A stretch of DNA of 39,565 bases, taken from positions 26,737,989-26,777,553 of the forward strand of contig NC_068987.1 of assembly GCF_001194135.2 (NCBI RefSeq), read 5' to 3'. The DNA comes from Octopus bimaculoides. Lineage: Eukaryota. The stretch's first letter is position 1; the number at the start of each line of letters is the position of its first letter. Under the pieces are notes generated by a model. It ran no database searches, was not told the DNA's origin, and saw nothing but the letters and a program-made list of their open reading frames with translations. Below, piece after piece: positions 13,051 through 23,757 of the stretch. Both the position numbers and the translations under genes were made by a program.

Positions 13051-14654
13051 ATTATCCAGATTGAGGAAATTACGATAAACTCAAGTCTGTATCAATTGTA
13101 CCTACTTACGTTTCACAACTGTATTTTTGTATTCTGAATTGGTTGTTCCAAGTGTAATGGGATTTTAACAACAGCGGTTTACTAAGGGAACATCTTATTG
13201 CATTATATTACAGGGAACTCTGTGACATACTGCAATATCAGTCGTACATATATTTGTACACAGAAGATATAATACATATATAAAAAGATATTACTAAAAT
13301 CCAGTTTCATCTCGAGCAACTTTTCAAATGCACCGCTACATATACAGAAATATTTGGGTATATTAGGCTCCATTAGATGTATTGTTATTAGTTATAAATA
13401 CGTCTAGATCACAATTTTTCCTATAAGACAACTCATCAACTTTCTAAGCCTTAATCCATTTGTGTCTTATTTCTTTTCGCCACACACTTCGTTTTATATT
13501 GCTATATACCGTTACATTCCTGATACCTCTACAAAATGCTATAACGCAACTCATCTCTCACTTAGCTATCATTACAAAATTGACTCAAGGAGCAAACGTT
13601 TTTATACATGCTACATAGCAAATTGCAAATCTAACCGCTTGTTTCCTTCTAGAGAGTGAATTACATTTCCGAATTGAAGTTTCGGTTGCAAATTAAATTG
13701 TATGGTCACGTCAAAATGCATATTTTTCGAATAGTATGAAAGTTAATGAAAAAAAGCAATCTTGAAAAGTAAAAGAAAATGCTTGCACACGAACACATAT
13801 ATTTGCATATCCATACATGTCCAAGGAAAGGAAAAGGTAAATAAACACTACATATATTTCATAGCTAAAACAATCTTTGTTATATAACGTATAACACACA
13901 TAAAGCCTACTAATGTAATTTTCAGTACTTTTACCTTCTACTTGTACTTTTACAGATATTGTTAGATGACATCTATAAACAAACTCACCCAGTTATTTTA
14001 TTTAGGGCGACTTATCCACTAACAATTAAATTTATTGGTCGTTTGATACGGAGTGTATTTTTCTCTTTGTGTTAATTTTTGTTCCATCTTGCCATTTGTG
14101 CTGTTCCTAAATTGATGAATAATTTACTCCTCTACACGTGACAATATAAACAGCTTGAAGGTAATAGGACCTGAGAATTACCTAAGCAATTTATATATGT
14201 TAGAATCTATATTTACAAACATTATTTTAGCTATGAAAATGTGTCGTCTTTGTGTACCTTTTGTATTCCTTATATTTTCCGATTTTTATTTACAGTTTTA
14301 GTGACTTTAATTGTTGCTAAACCGTGGGTTGTATAGTAACTGTCAGCTTATCGAAATTTTGTTTGATTTCACTATGACACGAAATTACTTACTTACGATG
14401 GTAAATAAACTCTTTTTATCGTATATTATCCACCTTGTCATCTATTCTAGCTATACACATACTGGATGCTTTCTAAATTCCTACACCAATATATTTGGAT
14501 CGTACTAACCTATTGCTATACATAAATACATACATAACACACACACGCACATACACATACACACACATACACACACATCTATGTGTATGCATAGCAAAAG
14601 GTCCGAATATCTTTGTGTAAAAAGATAGTAAGCAAAGAGTTAGCAGTTTCGTGT

Positions 14655-15065
14655 TAGTAAGAACGTTTTTAAACGGGGTGATTTTGTATTATAGGTCACG
14701 TTATAATTATTACAATGCCGTCTTGTACTCAGACCTTGCTAGTTATGTACCAAATCCACTCACTCCAACACAGTACTCACTCCTCTCATCTCTAATCCCT
14801 TATGTTAAATTCTCCTCCCACCTCTTCTCTGAATGCCAGAATCACAGAAACTTCACGTCTAAGTGCTATTCCCGATGCTATCGTCTGACAGCGACTCACT
14901 ACAAACACCAACTCCGTCATCTATCTCATCAGTCATAAATGGCAGCCAGCAGGTGTCACAGAATCATCATCTTCCGCCCTACTAATCAATTATAATGAAG
15001 CAAAATATTTTTCTAGTGGACACATACTAAACAATTTCACTCTTTGTTTACCAGGCTTCTCTCAG
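14655..15065 (-). repeat. Unclassified interspersed repeat, copy 2
   Basis: Reverse complement aligns to 7440-7800 over more than 300 bp, with indels. Confidence 0.75.
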
Positions 15066-16149
15066 CTGGCTGCTCGAAAATGAAGCGTAATTAGTGCGGA
15101 CACCGTTCGGGATTCATTATTGTAAAAGGCACAATGTCTAGACAAGCACAATGCAATTGCATTTGGCAGAAATTTATAAAATTAACGACAAATTGCTGCC
15201 AGTGTTAATGTATTGTAAAATAAGATTTGACTATTCAGAAGAGCAGCATGACTTTTCCGTTTCCTAATGAACGAGAAACATGTCAATATTATTGATTTCC
15301 TGCTTAAAATGAAGGTCAAATATTTTAGGAATGTGTGACGTTGATCGAATACAACCAAAAACTACCTCATGTACACAGTTTGAGAGGGTGAAAATCAAAG
15401 CCGACCGGCGTGAGATTTGCCCTCAAAATATAAAGAGGCAGAACATGTTATAAGTTCCCTTCCCCGATGCTGCATCGATGTGCTCATTTACATTTCTTCT
15501 AGTTAATATTATTACCATATACTACTTACTTGTTGTAATACGACTTATTTGCCATAGAGATATTTTCTTTATTGAAATAGTTCTATGTGATAATATAACT
15601 GATGCTACTACAATTGTTTTTGCTTGTTTAGCTAAGCTTTCAAAACCAGCAACACAATATTTTGCCATCTGCTGTAGTAGACTGCATTATATTCCTAATT
15701 AGAATTAGTATTAGTAAAGGTTTCTATATCCATGCATTATTTATCATTTTCCTTTAATCATTCAACTGTAAAGGGACAGTGCTCATATTTGCAAGTCATC
15801 TTGATTTTTGATATCAATGTATTTGCTTTTCATGTTCAATGCATCTCGATTATTCACTGCGGGGAACCGTTGAGTAAAGTACAATACACAAAGTGTTAAA
15901 TACCGAAACAGAAAGTAGTGGTTAAAGAGACAAACAAAAAAATTAGAAACAGGAGTACAATTAACGGGAAATTGTTACTCCAAGCATATCTAGTAGGAAA
16001 GAACAGGAATAATCGATCACTTGGTGTTTCAATTTTGCGCATGATTTTGTTATCACGATCTTAAAAGATTATCAGTTTTCCATCTATTCTCTTGTGGAAA
16101 AATAGTATAATATTTCTCATGTTAGATCATCGGTGCAAATGCAGTTAAG

Positions 16150-16840
16150 TCGTTACATGTTTTCAGGCGTATTGGGTGAGGGACTTTACTATCACCCCGA
16201 CCTGAACAATACCTTGTGAGTAAGATTGCTACACAAAAGCTGCACAGAAGATCGTTACANNNNNNNNNNNNNNNNNNNNNNNNNNNNNNNNNNNNNNNNN
16301 NNNNNNNNNNNNNNNNNNNNNNNNNNNNNNNNNNNNNNNNNNNNNNNNNNNNNNNNNNNNNNNNNNNNNNNNNNNNNNNNNNNNNNNNNNNNNNNNNNNN
16401 NNNNNNNNNNNNNNNNNNNNNNNNNNNNNNNNNNNNNNNNNNNNNNNNNNNNNNNNNNNNNNNNNNNNNNNNNNNNNNNNNNNNNNNNNNNNNNNNNNNN
16501 NNNNNNNNNNNNNNNNNNNNNNNNNNNNNNNNNNNNNNNNNNNNNNNNNNNNNNNNNNNNNNNNNNNNNNNNNNNNNNNNNNNNNNNNNNNNNNNNNNAT
16601 ATATATATATATATGTTTGTATATATATGTTTGTGTGTGAAATTTTGCACTTGCGCTCTTCTCATTCATCGATAGAAAACAGGTGTTGGTTTATTTACGG
16701 CCCCGTTAATTAGTAGTTTCTCTGAAGAGGATCTATAGAATCAGTAACTACTCAAAATAAGGACTAGTGTCGTTTTTCTCGACTAAGCTGATTTGAACTG
16801 TACCCGGTGCATATCAAATGACCAAAACAAGTAAAAGACT
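16150..16840 (+). mobile_element. Old SINE family A spanning the gap 16260-16598 (gap lies in its internal microsatellite)
   Basis: Left of the gap, ccttgtgagtaagattg...cagaagatcgt resembles the 5' half. Right of the gap, ggtgttggtttatttacggccccc...ctcgactaag...aaatgaccaaaacaagtaaaaga resembles the 3' half of 22485-22900. Confidence 0.7.
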
Positions 16841-17525
16841 GAAAAACTTGTAATATTTTCTGAAAAACATAAATAGCCTCATTCAAATTTGTTTGAATTT
16901 TCCTTTCTACACATCATTAGCTCTCCTGTTATGAACGAGAGTGTATGCATAAAAATCTAAAACGTTTGGAACTAGGAAATATATTTGTGTTACACATCAT
17001 TAATCATTGATGCCACCATTAAAGAATTTGTATAATTACATGAATTTAGAGACTGAAATGAGAATGAATTGAATACGCTGAGGATGATCAGTTAATATTA
17101 ATCGCATAAAGTCTGAGGCTTCACACGAGAATATTTTTTAGTATTTCGACTTTATTTTGGTTGCCTACCTTAGCACGTTTAGAATATCAGTTAAGCAAGT
17201 AGCAGATAAATTAATTTTGGTGACATAATCAACTTAAATATTGTCTCAGCATGACAGATTCCTATTTGTTGAAAATTGTAAAACAATTAATATGTAGTAT
17301 TTCCAAGTCGTGCTCGTATGATATACAATAAGCCGTGCTTATTTTGTATGTTGAACAGTTTACATTTGAATATTAATGTTGCCAGCGGACACGCTGACAC
17401 CTAAGGTTTGATGAGAAATTGTCAAAGAAAACCGCAGTGCAAGCGTCCCTGCTAAACATCAGATATTCTTCACCGTATTATATTTACAAATTCAATTAAT
17501 TAAAACTGTTTTCAAGTTTGATTTA

Positions 17526-17605
17526 CAGTAATCCCTCGACTATCGCGGGAGTTACGTTCCAAAATCCCACGCGATAGGTGAACCGCGATGTGGCGAGGGA
17601 TTATG
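17526..17605. mobile_element. 80-bp pogo/Tigger-type MITE
   Basis: TA|CAGTAATCCCTCGACTATCGCGGG ... CCGCGATGTGGCGAGGGATTA-TG|TA: imperfect ~24-bp TIRs with a CAGT terminus and TA target site. Confidence 0.75.
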
Positions 17606-17637
17606 TACACATCTTTCAACATTTTTTCCTCTAACAA

Positions 17638-17844
17638 TACTTTCAAATAAAGGCACAAGGCCTGAAATGTAGGGGAATGGGACTAGTCGCTCACATCGAC
17701 TCCAGTGTTCTACTGGTACTTATCTACCCCGAAAGGATGAAAGGCAAAGCAGACCGCGGCTGAATGAATTCAGAACGTAGCGACGGAGGGAATACCGCTA
17801 ACCATTTCGTCCAGAGTGCTAACGATTTTGCCAACTCGCCGCCG
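17638..17844 (-). mobile_element. SINE family B, tail type 1
   Basis: tttcaaataaaggcacaaggcc...ccccgaaaggatgaaaggcaaag...gaataccgctaaccatttcg...gctaacgattttgccaactcgccgcc. Confidence 0.9.
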
Positions 17845-18319
17845 TTTTAGATATTTCCTCTAATAATACAAGGAACCTCCACCCTACGAAATCACTGCAC
17901 TCGCGAACGTCTTCTGTTAACGTTGAACTCTTTAACGTGAACTATATTCTCTTTCAATTCCATACTCAATTTCCATACATGTACTTAAATGGAAGATTTC
18001 CAAACGCGCAAATCTTCCATGAAGTGCGGGGTGCCTGTAAATGAGATTGTTTGAAAAAACAGAAAATGAATTCTCTTTGGGTATTTATTGTAAAGCAGCA
18101 TATATTTTATATTCTAATGCCAAGTATTAACACACCCTACTTTGGCTATGCCCGTAGACGAGATATCCGCAAGTGATCGAACATGTGAGTTAGTGCATTG
18201 ACACTCTTATTCAATTTGGAATCTCAACAGAGCAGAAGGGGAACATTCTGTTGAATGAATGTTCTTTTATTGAGTTGCAACAAACATGGCAATATTTGAC
18301 ACTGTAGCAAACATGCTTG

Positions 18320-18520
18320 TCAAGTGTGGTATATATACATATGTTTGTATGTGTGTGTGTGTATAAGTATCTACACACACTCAAACACACAGACATACAC
18401 ATACATTCACACACGCACATATATATACATATATTACTTACCTATATATACATACATAAATACATATATATATATATATATATATACATACACACACACA
18501 ATCATACATATGAATGCATT
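18320..18520. repeat. Mixed TA/CA/TG microsatellite field
   Basis: Directly visible; it accounts for several spurious ORFs. Confidence 0.85.
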
Positions 18521-19239
18521 CACGCATATATGGATAGAGAAGTAGAGAAGTAGTAAGTGACAGAATTATAGATATAAAAATTGATTGTATAATTCCGTCG
18601 TACATATTTCTTTTAAAATATATGTGATACACTTGAAATGTACAACTATATGTAGCCAACAATCTACCTATCTATAAATCTATCTAAGTACGTTATTTTA
18701 TATTCTGTACAAACAGAAATACATCATATACGCGCTCACACATACAAAGATGAACATATCAGCAACCACATAGAGAATTTATACATCGATAAAATAGAAA
18801 GTCACACATACAAAAATTACTTTCATTAATAATTCCAAATTACGTCTATATTTTATCGAAATGACGTTTAACCTACCACGAGTTTTCTCTATATTTCAAA
18901 TCTTATATAATTTTTTAGGTGATAGCATTTATATTTAATTTCGAAGAATTTTGAAATTTCACACACGAGAGATACGAATTGGAGGAATATTAATCGAAAA
19001 TTTCAATAAATTTAACAGAGACAGGAATGAATTCATCAGAGGATTTATAGAAACCATTCGCCACAATACCTAGGCGCTTGATAACTTATTCATAAACGGT
19101 GACAGATAGCTAAATTTTCTAAAGACAACATATATTTATATATGAGTTACACTATGTAGAGTTACATATATATCCTTACAAGTATGCAACTATGTATACT
19201 CACATGTGTGTGTATGTATGTATATATCACTTCCGATGA

Positions 19240-19470
19240 TCGACCCTTGCCATGTCAGAAGAGCTTGTGTTCCAGTCTTTCTGAGAGCGTTACCGTCTGG
19301 AATCTTAGACTCCTGGTAGGGCCACCCATGGCGGCAAGGTCGAGGATGAGGTCTTAGACTAAACACGACGAAACACCAGCATCAAGACCCCAATGGCAGA
19401 GCAAGTGGTGGAGCGTTCTTTCAAGCTCCCAAAGATTGACTCCGGTAGAAGAGGGCAACACCAGAATTAG
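19240..19470 (+). mobile_element. RTE-clade LINE 5' end / 5' UTR fragment
   Basis: GC-rich island ccttgcc...ctcctggtagggccacccatggcggcaaggtcgagg...agactaaa resembles RTE (Expander/BovB-like) 5' UTRs as I recall them; no ORF follows. Confidence 0.6.
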
Positions 19471-19846
19471 AGAATAAAAGAATTACAATGCTTAATGCTA
19501 TTATTATAGCAGACTGAACTTAAGGAGAACATATTTAAAGGCTACTATAATTTAGAGTGGCAGAAGAAAATAACAATAACGGTCAAGAAAGAGTAGTGGT
19601 GACATTGCTACAGTCATCTTTATCATTATTATAATCAAAAGATCCAATGGAGCAATTATTCTACATTCCATTAGTACTAAAAAAAAACGTTGGGAATTAA
19701 CAGTTAAATTCTTGCTGCTGGTGATATATTAATTAATGGCAAACACTTTTCCGTGTCCTTTTTTTACTGTGACTATAAATTCGCCATTTCTACATAAAAA
19801 AAAAAACATGCCTCAGAAGATGATAACAAATAATGTCATATAGGAG

Positions 19847-20150
19847 CAGTAGCGTAACTGGGGGGAAAGGGGCCAGGGGCACGTGCCCCGGGCGCCTATT
19901 GAGGGGCAGAGAGCGGAGGACAGGGGCAGAATTGACCATAGTTCGATAAGGTTGAACTCCATTTATAAAATTTATAAAAGTAGACATTATAAAAATATAT
20001 TTTGAATTACAGTCGGTAAATGAACTCTTGTAAAATATTCCTAAAATGTTGCTGTAAAATATTAATTACTTGTAACAAATAAGTAATTCTAGTGGGCGAG
20101 GGCATTTTTGCATCTTGCCCCTCGCACAATTTACCCTAGCTATGCCACTG
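19847..20150. mobile_element. Non-autonomous hAT element (MITE), 304 bp
   Basis: TIRs CAGTAGCGTAACTGGGG / CCCTAGCTATGCCACTG; perfect 8-bp TSD TATAGGAG at 19839-19846 and 20151-20158. Confidence 0.92.
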
Positions 20151-20309
20151 TATAGGAGATAACCAGAAAGAGGAAGGGCAAGGGTGACTTAAACTATATT
20201 ATGATTGTCAATTAAAAGGGGCCTAAAATAGAAAACAAAGGAGGTCACACCGAGATCTAAATGGGTATTAAGAGTACAGGGGGAAAATGTATATGCAAAA
20301 TATGGTCTT

Positions 20310-20398
20310 GTACCTCCGATGAGAGCGGTGTATTTCAAATTAATGTAATGCTTCCATTGACCGATTCAATGGAGCCGCTTGAAACGGTCGTAATGCAC
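20310..20398 (+). ncRNA. Decayed type I hammerhead motif with extended stem II
   Basis: CCGATGA 20316-20322; stem II gagcgg/ccgctt enclosing a hairpin tccattga/tcaatgga; GAAA 20381-20384; stem III ACG-gt-CGT; GUA triplet; stem I only 4 of 6 pairs. Confidence 0.5.
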
Positions 20399-20639
20399 TA
20401 ATACCTGGACATCCTTGATACTTGTTTGATTTTTATTCGTCTAATTTTGAGCTGTGCGGATAATACCGGACTGACATTAGAGCATTTTAGCTCTTATTTC
20501 TAGCAATGTAGGTGTTTCTACATCCAAGTTGCATTTAGTGAAAATTATGTTTTCTCTTTTTGGTAAACGTTGTAAACTGCTGTATATTTTAATTTTATGT
20601 ATACATGTTAGCGATTCGCTAAATCATCCATAAGTTTCT

Positions 20640-20872
20640 TATTTCTTTATTACCCACAAGACGCTAAACATAGAGGGGACAAACAAGGACAGACAAAGAG
20701 ATTAAGTCGATTACATCGACCCCAGTGCGTAACTGGTACTTAATTTATCGACCCCGAAAGGATGAAAGGCAAAGTCGACCTCGGTGGAATTTGAACTCAG
20801 AACGTAAAGACAGACGAAATACCGCTAAGTATTTCGCCCGGCGTGCTAACGTTTCTGCCAGTTCGCCACCTT
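20640..20872 (-). mobile_element. Full-length SINE family B, tail type 2, with 14-bp TSD
   Basis: Sense head ggtggcgaacTGGCAGAAACG...GAGTTCAAATTCC (A and B boxes); 3' end ...ttgtgggtAATAAAgaaat; TSD ATCCATA[A/G]GTTTCT at 20626-20639 and 20873-20886. Confidence 0.92.
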
Positions 20873-20940
20873 ATCCATAGGTTTCTGTGATGAAGACATA
20901 TACAGAGAAGTAAATCTGAAATCTGCCAAAGTAGAGCGAT

Positions 20941-20991
20941 TCCTTACTGAAGAAGCAATGGAAATTGCTGAAACTGTGTTCAGTATGAGGA
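20941..20991 (+). ncRNA. Type I hammerhead ribozyme, apparently intact
   Basis: Stem I tcctta/tgagga (extends outward); CTGAAGA 20947-20953; stem II agcaat-GGAA-attgct; GAAA 20970-20973; stem III ActG-tgtt-cagT; GUA triplet with predicted cleavage after A20985. Confidence 0.8.
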
Positions 20992-21157
20992 ATTCTCGAA
21001 AGATGCTTTTGGCCAATTATAGTATCTGTATGTATATATGTACACAATTATGTGCATTGTCTACAGTATTAAAGCATTGTAGTACTTATTTCTAATAATG
21101 TAGGTATTTCTAACACCCTAGTCGCAATTAGTGACAATTATGGTTTTGTCACGATTG

Positions 21158-21252
21158 TCTGTGCTATAGTCATTAGGACAATTTTTCACTTCTCTTTCGC
21201 GTTACCCACATTTATCTTGTCTTGCAGCCCCAAGTCTTTTTTTGTTGTATAT

Positions 21253-21307
<55 letters not shown>

Positions 21308-21610
21308 CAATTGTTGTCTTCGTCTGGCACTAAGCCTTTATTGTCTTTATTGTTTTGTCCTTCGTCCATCCACTAACGATCTGGTCGCAAGCCCGTCTCG
21401 TTTTGTTATGTTTTGGTCCCCAGAGTGGAATCAATATTATCGATAATGGCTGAAATAATGTATGAACATCTGGCATATAACTGGTTTTCTGTTCGTGTGT
21501 GTATTTACTCTATGTTCGTTTGTTTATTTACTACACGGTTTTTTTAATTATTTATGGATAGTTATGTCATATTTTTCATTTGTTGTCTTCTTTTTATTTG
21601 ATCCTGAAAA
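21158..21610 (+). repeat. Direct repeat copy 1 (copy 2 at ~21868-22270)
   Basis: ttctctttcgcgttacccac...ttgcagcccca...ttgtcttcgtctggc.ctaagcc...ttttgttatgttttggtccc...atcgataatggc...tatgtcatatttt...tttgttgtcttctttttatt occurs in both copies. Confidence 0.85.
21254..21307. repeat. (ATT)n microsatellite, expanded in copy 1 only
   Basis: About 18 units here versus a few in the homologous site of copy 2 (~21970). Confidence 0.95.
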
Positions 21611-21867
21611 TATTATAAATGTAACGCAAGCACTCCTTAATTTTTTTACCAATTTGTAGAATTATTGTTGAAATATTTTTTTGCCACTCTGTCTCGAAAT
21701 TTGCTTCTCTTAATTTCCTTTCTTTCTCTCTCTGTCTCTGCCTCTGTCTCTCTCTGTGTCTCTGTCATATTTTGTTACCCGCCTCCCACTATCACATGAC
21801 CCCTGACGACCTAATCTGGTGTCATACATTTTCGTGTTGCCTTCGACCAAACTCGCTCTAACCCGCC

Positions 21868-22270
21868 CCCTGTGTCCATAGTCTTTTGGGACAGTTTTCA
21901 TTTCTCTTTCGCGTTACCCACTTTTGTCTTCTCTTGCAGCCCCAAAGCATTTAAAACAATTTTTATATGTATTATTATTATTATCATTAATTGTCTTCGT
22001 CTGGCCCTAAGCCGTTATTTCGTTCTGGTCTCGAGCCGTCTTGTTTTGTTATGTTTTGGTCCCATTCCCGGCAAGTTTCTTGCCGGTGCTTCCAAAGTAG
22101 AAGCAATATAATCGATAATGGCCAAAATTGTATTTGACACCCTGTGATTTTGTTTGTCTGTGTATTTTGTTTATGTTCGTTTCTTTTCTACAAGTTTTTT
22201 GAATTATATACATATATATATAGATATGTCATATTTTCCGTTTGTTGTCTTCTTTTTATTCAATCCCGAT
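21868..22270 (+). repeat. Direct repeat copy 2
   Basis: Homologous to 21158-21610; has an extra ~30-bp insert containing a perfect hairpin ccggcaag-ttt-cttgccgg (22068-22086). Confidence 0.85.
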
Positions 22271-22484
22271 ATACATTTATATACATAGATAGATGGATGA
22301 AAAGGTGGCGAAATACTCACATGGTTACATGTTGCATTTTTCTACATTTTTGAGTTCGGCCACATAGTGTCAACAATAAAAGTTTAGATATTTGTAATCA
22401 ATTACCAATGGTTGATCTAAACATCTATCCCCTCCCTCATATATATACATTTCTTAACAAGCAGATGAACGTGGGAAGGATTCA

Positions 22485-22637
22485 GTGGCTGGGTCGTAAG
22501 TAGCTTGGTACCAGCCACATGGTTCCGGGTTCAGACCCACTACGTGGCACTTTGGGCAAGTTTCTTCCACAATAGCCTCGGGCTGACTAAATCCTTGTGA
22601 GTGGATTTGGTGGACGGAAACTTGAAAGAAGCCCGTC

Positions 22638-22679
<42 letters not shown>

Positions 22680-22900
22680 TTGTGTGTGTGTGTGAGTGTC
22701 TGTATTTGTCCCCGCAACAGCGCTTGACACCCGATGCTGGCGCGATTACGTCCCCGTAACTTAGCGGTACGCAAATGAGACTGATAGAATGAGCACTAGG
22801 TTTACAAAGAATAAGTCCTGGGGTCGATTTGCTCGACTAAAGTTGGTGCTCCAGCATGCCCGCAGTAAAATGAATGAAACAAGTAAATGAATAAAAGAAA
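22485..22900 (+). mobile_element. Full-length SINE family A with internal (TA)n(TG)n tract
   Basis: tRNA-like head gtggctgggtcgtaag...gggttcagacc (B box); ctttgggcaagt resembles the CORE-SINE core; microsatellite 22637-22696; 3' half ends aaatgaatgaaacaagtaaatgaataaaaga. Confidence 0.92.
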
Positions 22901-23324
22901 AAATGAATTTAAATACATCGTTACATTGATATGCGTGTGTGTGTGTATGTGTATGTTCATGTGTATGTAAGTATGTATGTATGTGTGTATGTGTGTGCGT
23001 ATGTATGTGTGTACACTTTCTGTATGAGACTGACGAAGAGAAGAGCCAGAGATTAAGGCCTGGATTCCGTGATTCGGGCGTAATCTTCATAATATATGTA
23101 TAAGACGACGTGATTAAACATTTTCTCTCACAGCATTTCTGTTTACTTCTGTACACACTCTGTGAGGTTTCTAGCTATTAAAGCTAAGGAAAGGACACTT
23201 GAAGTATAATACGAGTTCTCTTTCAATGTATGAATTTCATACGGTGCTCTAAGTACTGGTTATACGTCATCATGTACGCCGCTATAAAATTGTATGAATA
23301 CATAAGCAAATATACAAATATATG

Positions 23325-23350
23325 TGTGTATGTATGTATATATACATATA

Positions 23351-23383
<33 letters not shown>

Positions 23384-23555
23384 NNNNNNNNNNNNNNNNN
23401 NNNNNNNNNNNNNNNNNNNNNNNNNNNTATATATATACATGCATATGTGTATGTATGTATGTACATAATACGTATATGTATGTATATGTGCGTGCGCGCG
23501 TGTGTATATATATGTGTGTGTGTGGTGTACGTGTATGTGTGTGTGTGTGTATGTA
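23325..23555. repeat. TA/TATG/TG microsatellite field with gap 23384-23427
   Basis: Directly visible. Confidence 0.9.
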
Positions 23556-23757
23556 TAAATTGCTTTATAATCTCTAATCCTTCATATCAAGAAATTCAAA
23601 AATAAATATCTTATAGCATAGTTAGTAAAGTTTATACGAAATGTATCGCATATTCGTTCACCTTATGTAAACAGATCGCTTTTACAGAACTTCATCAAAT
23701 GCAGGCAATTCTATGGGCACGATTATCGGGTCCGAATCAACTTATATAGAGAAATAA

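Noticed and set aside
13956-14160. Strong polypyrimidine acceptor and downstream donor
   Set aside because: Stops in all three frames; a UTR exon cannot be supported without RNA data.
20886-20935. gtgatga-aga...tct-gaaa just upstream of the intact HHR
   Set aside because: C3 is changed and there is no U16.1/H17; at best a relic.
22485-22545. tRNA-like A/B boxes
   Set aside because: SINE head; there is no complete cloverleaf, so it is not a tRNA gene.
23030-23070. CTGACGA core
   Set aside because: No stem II or GAAA follows.
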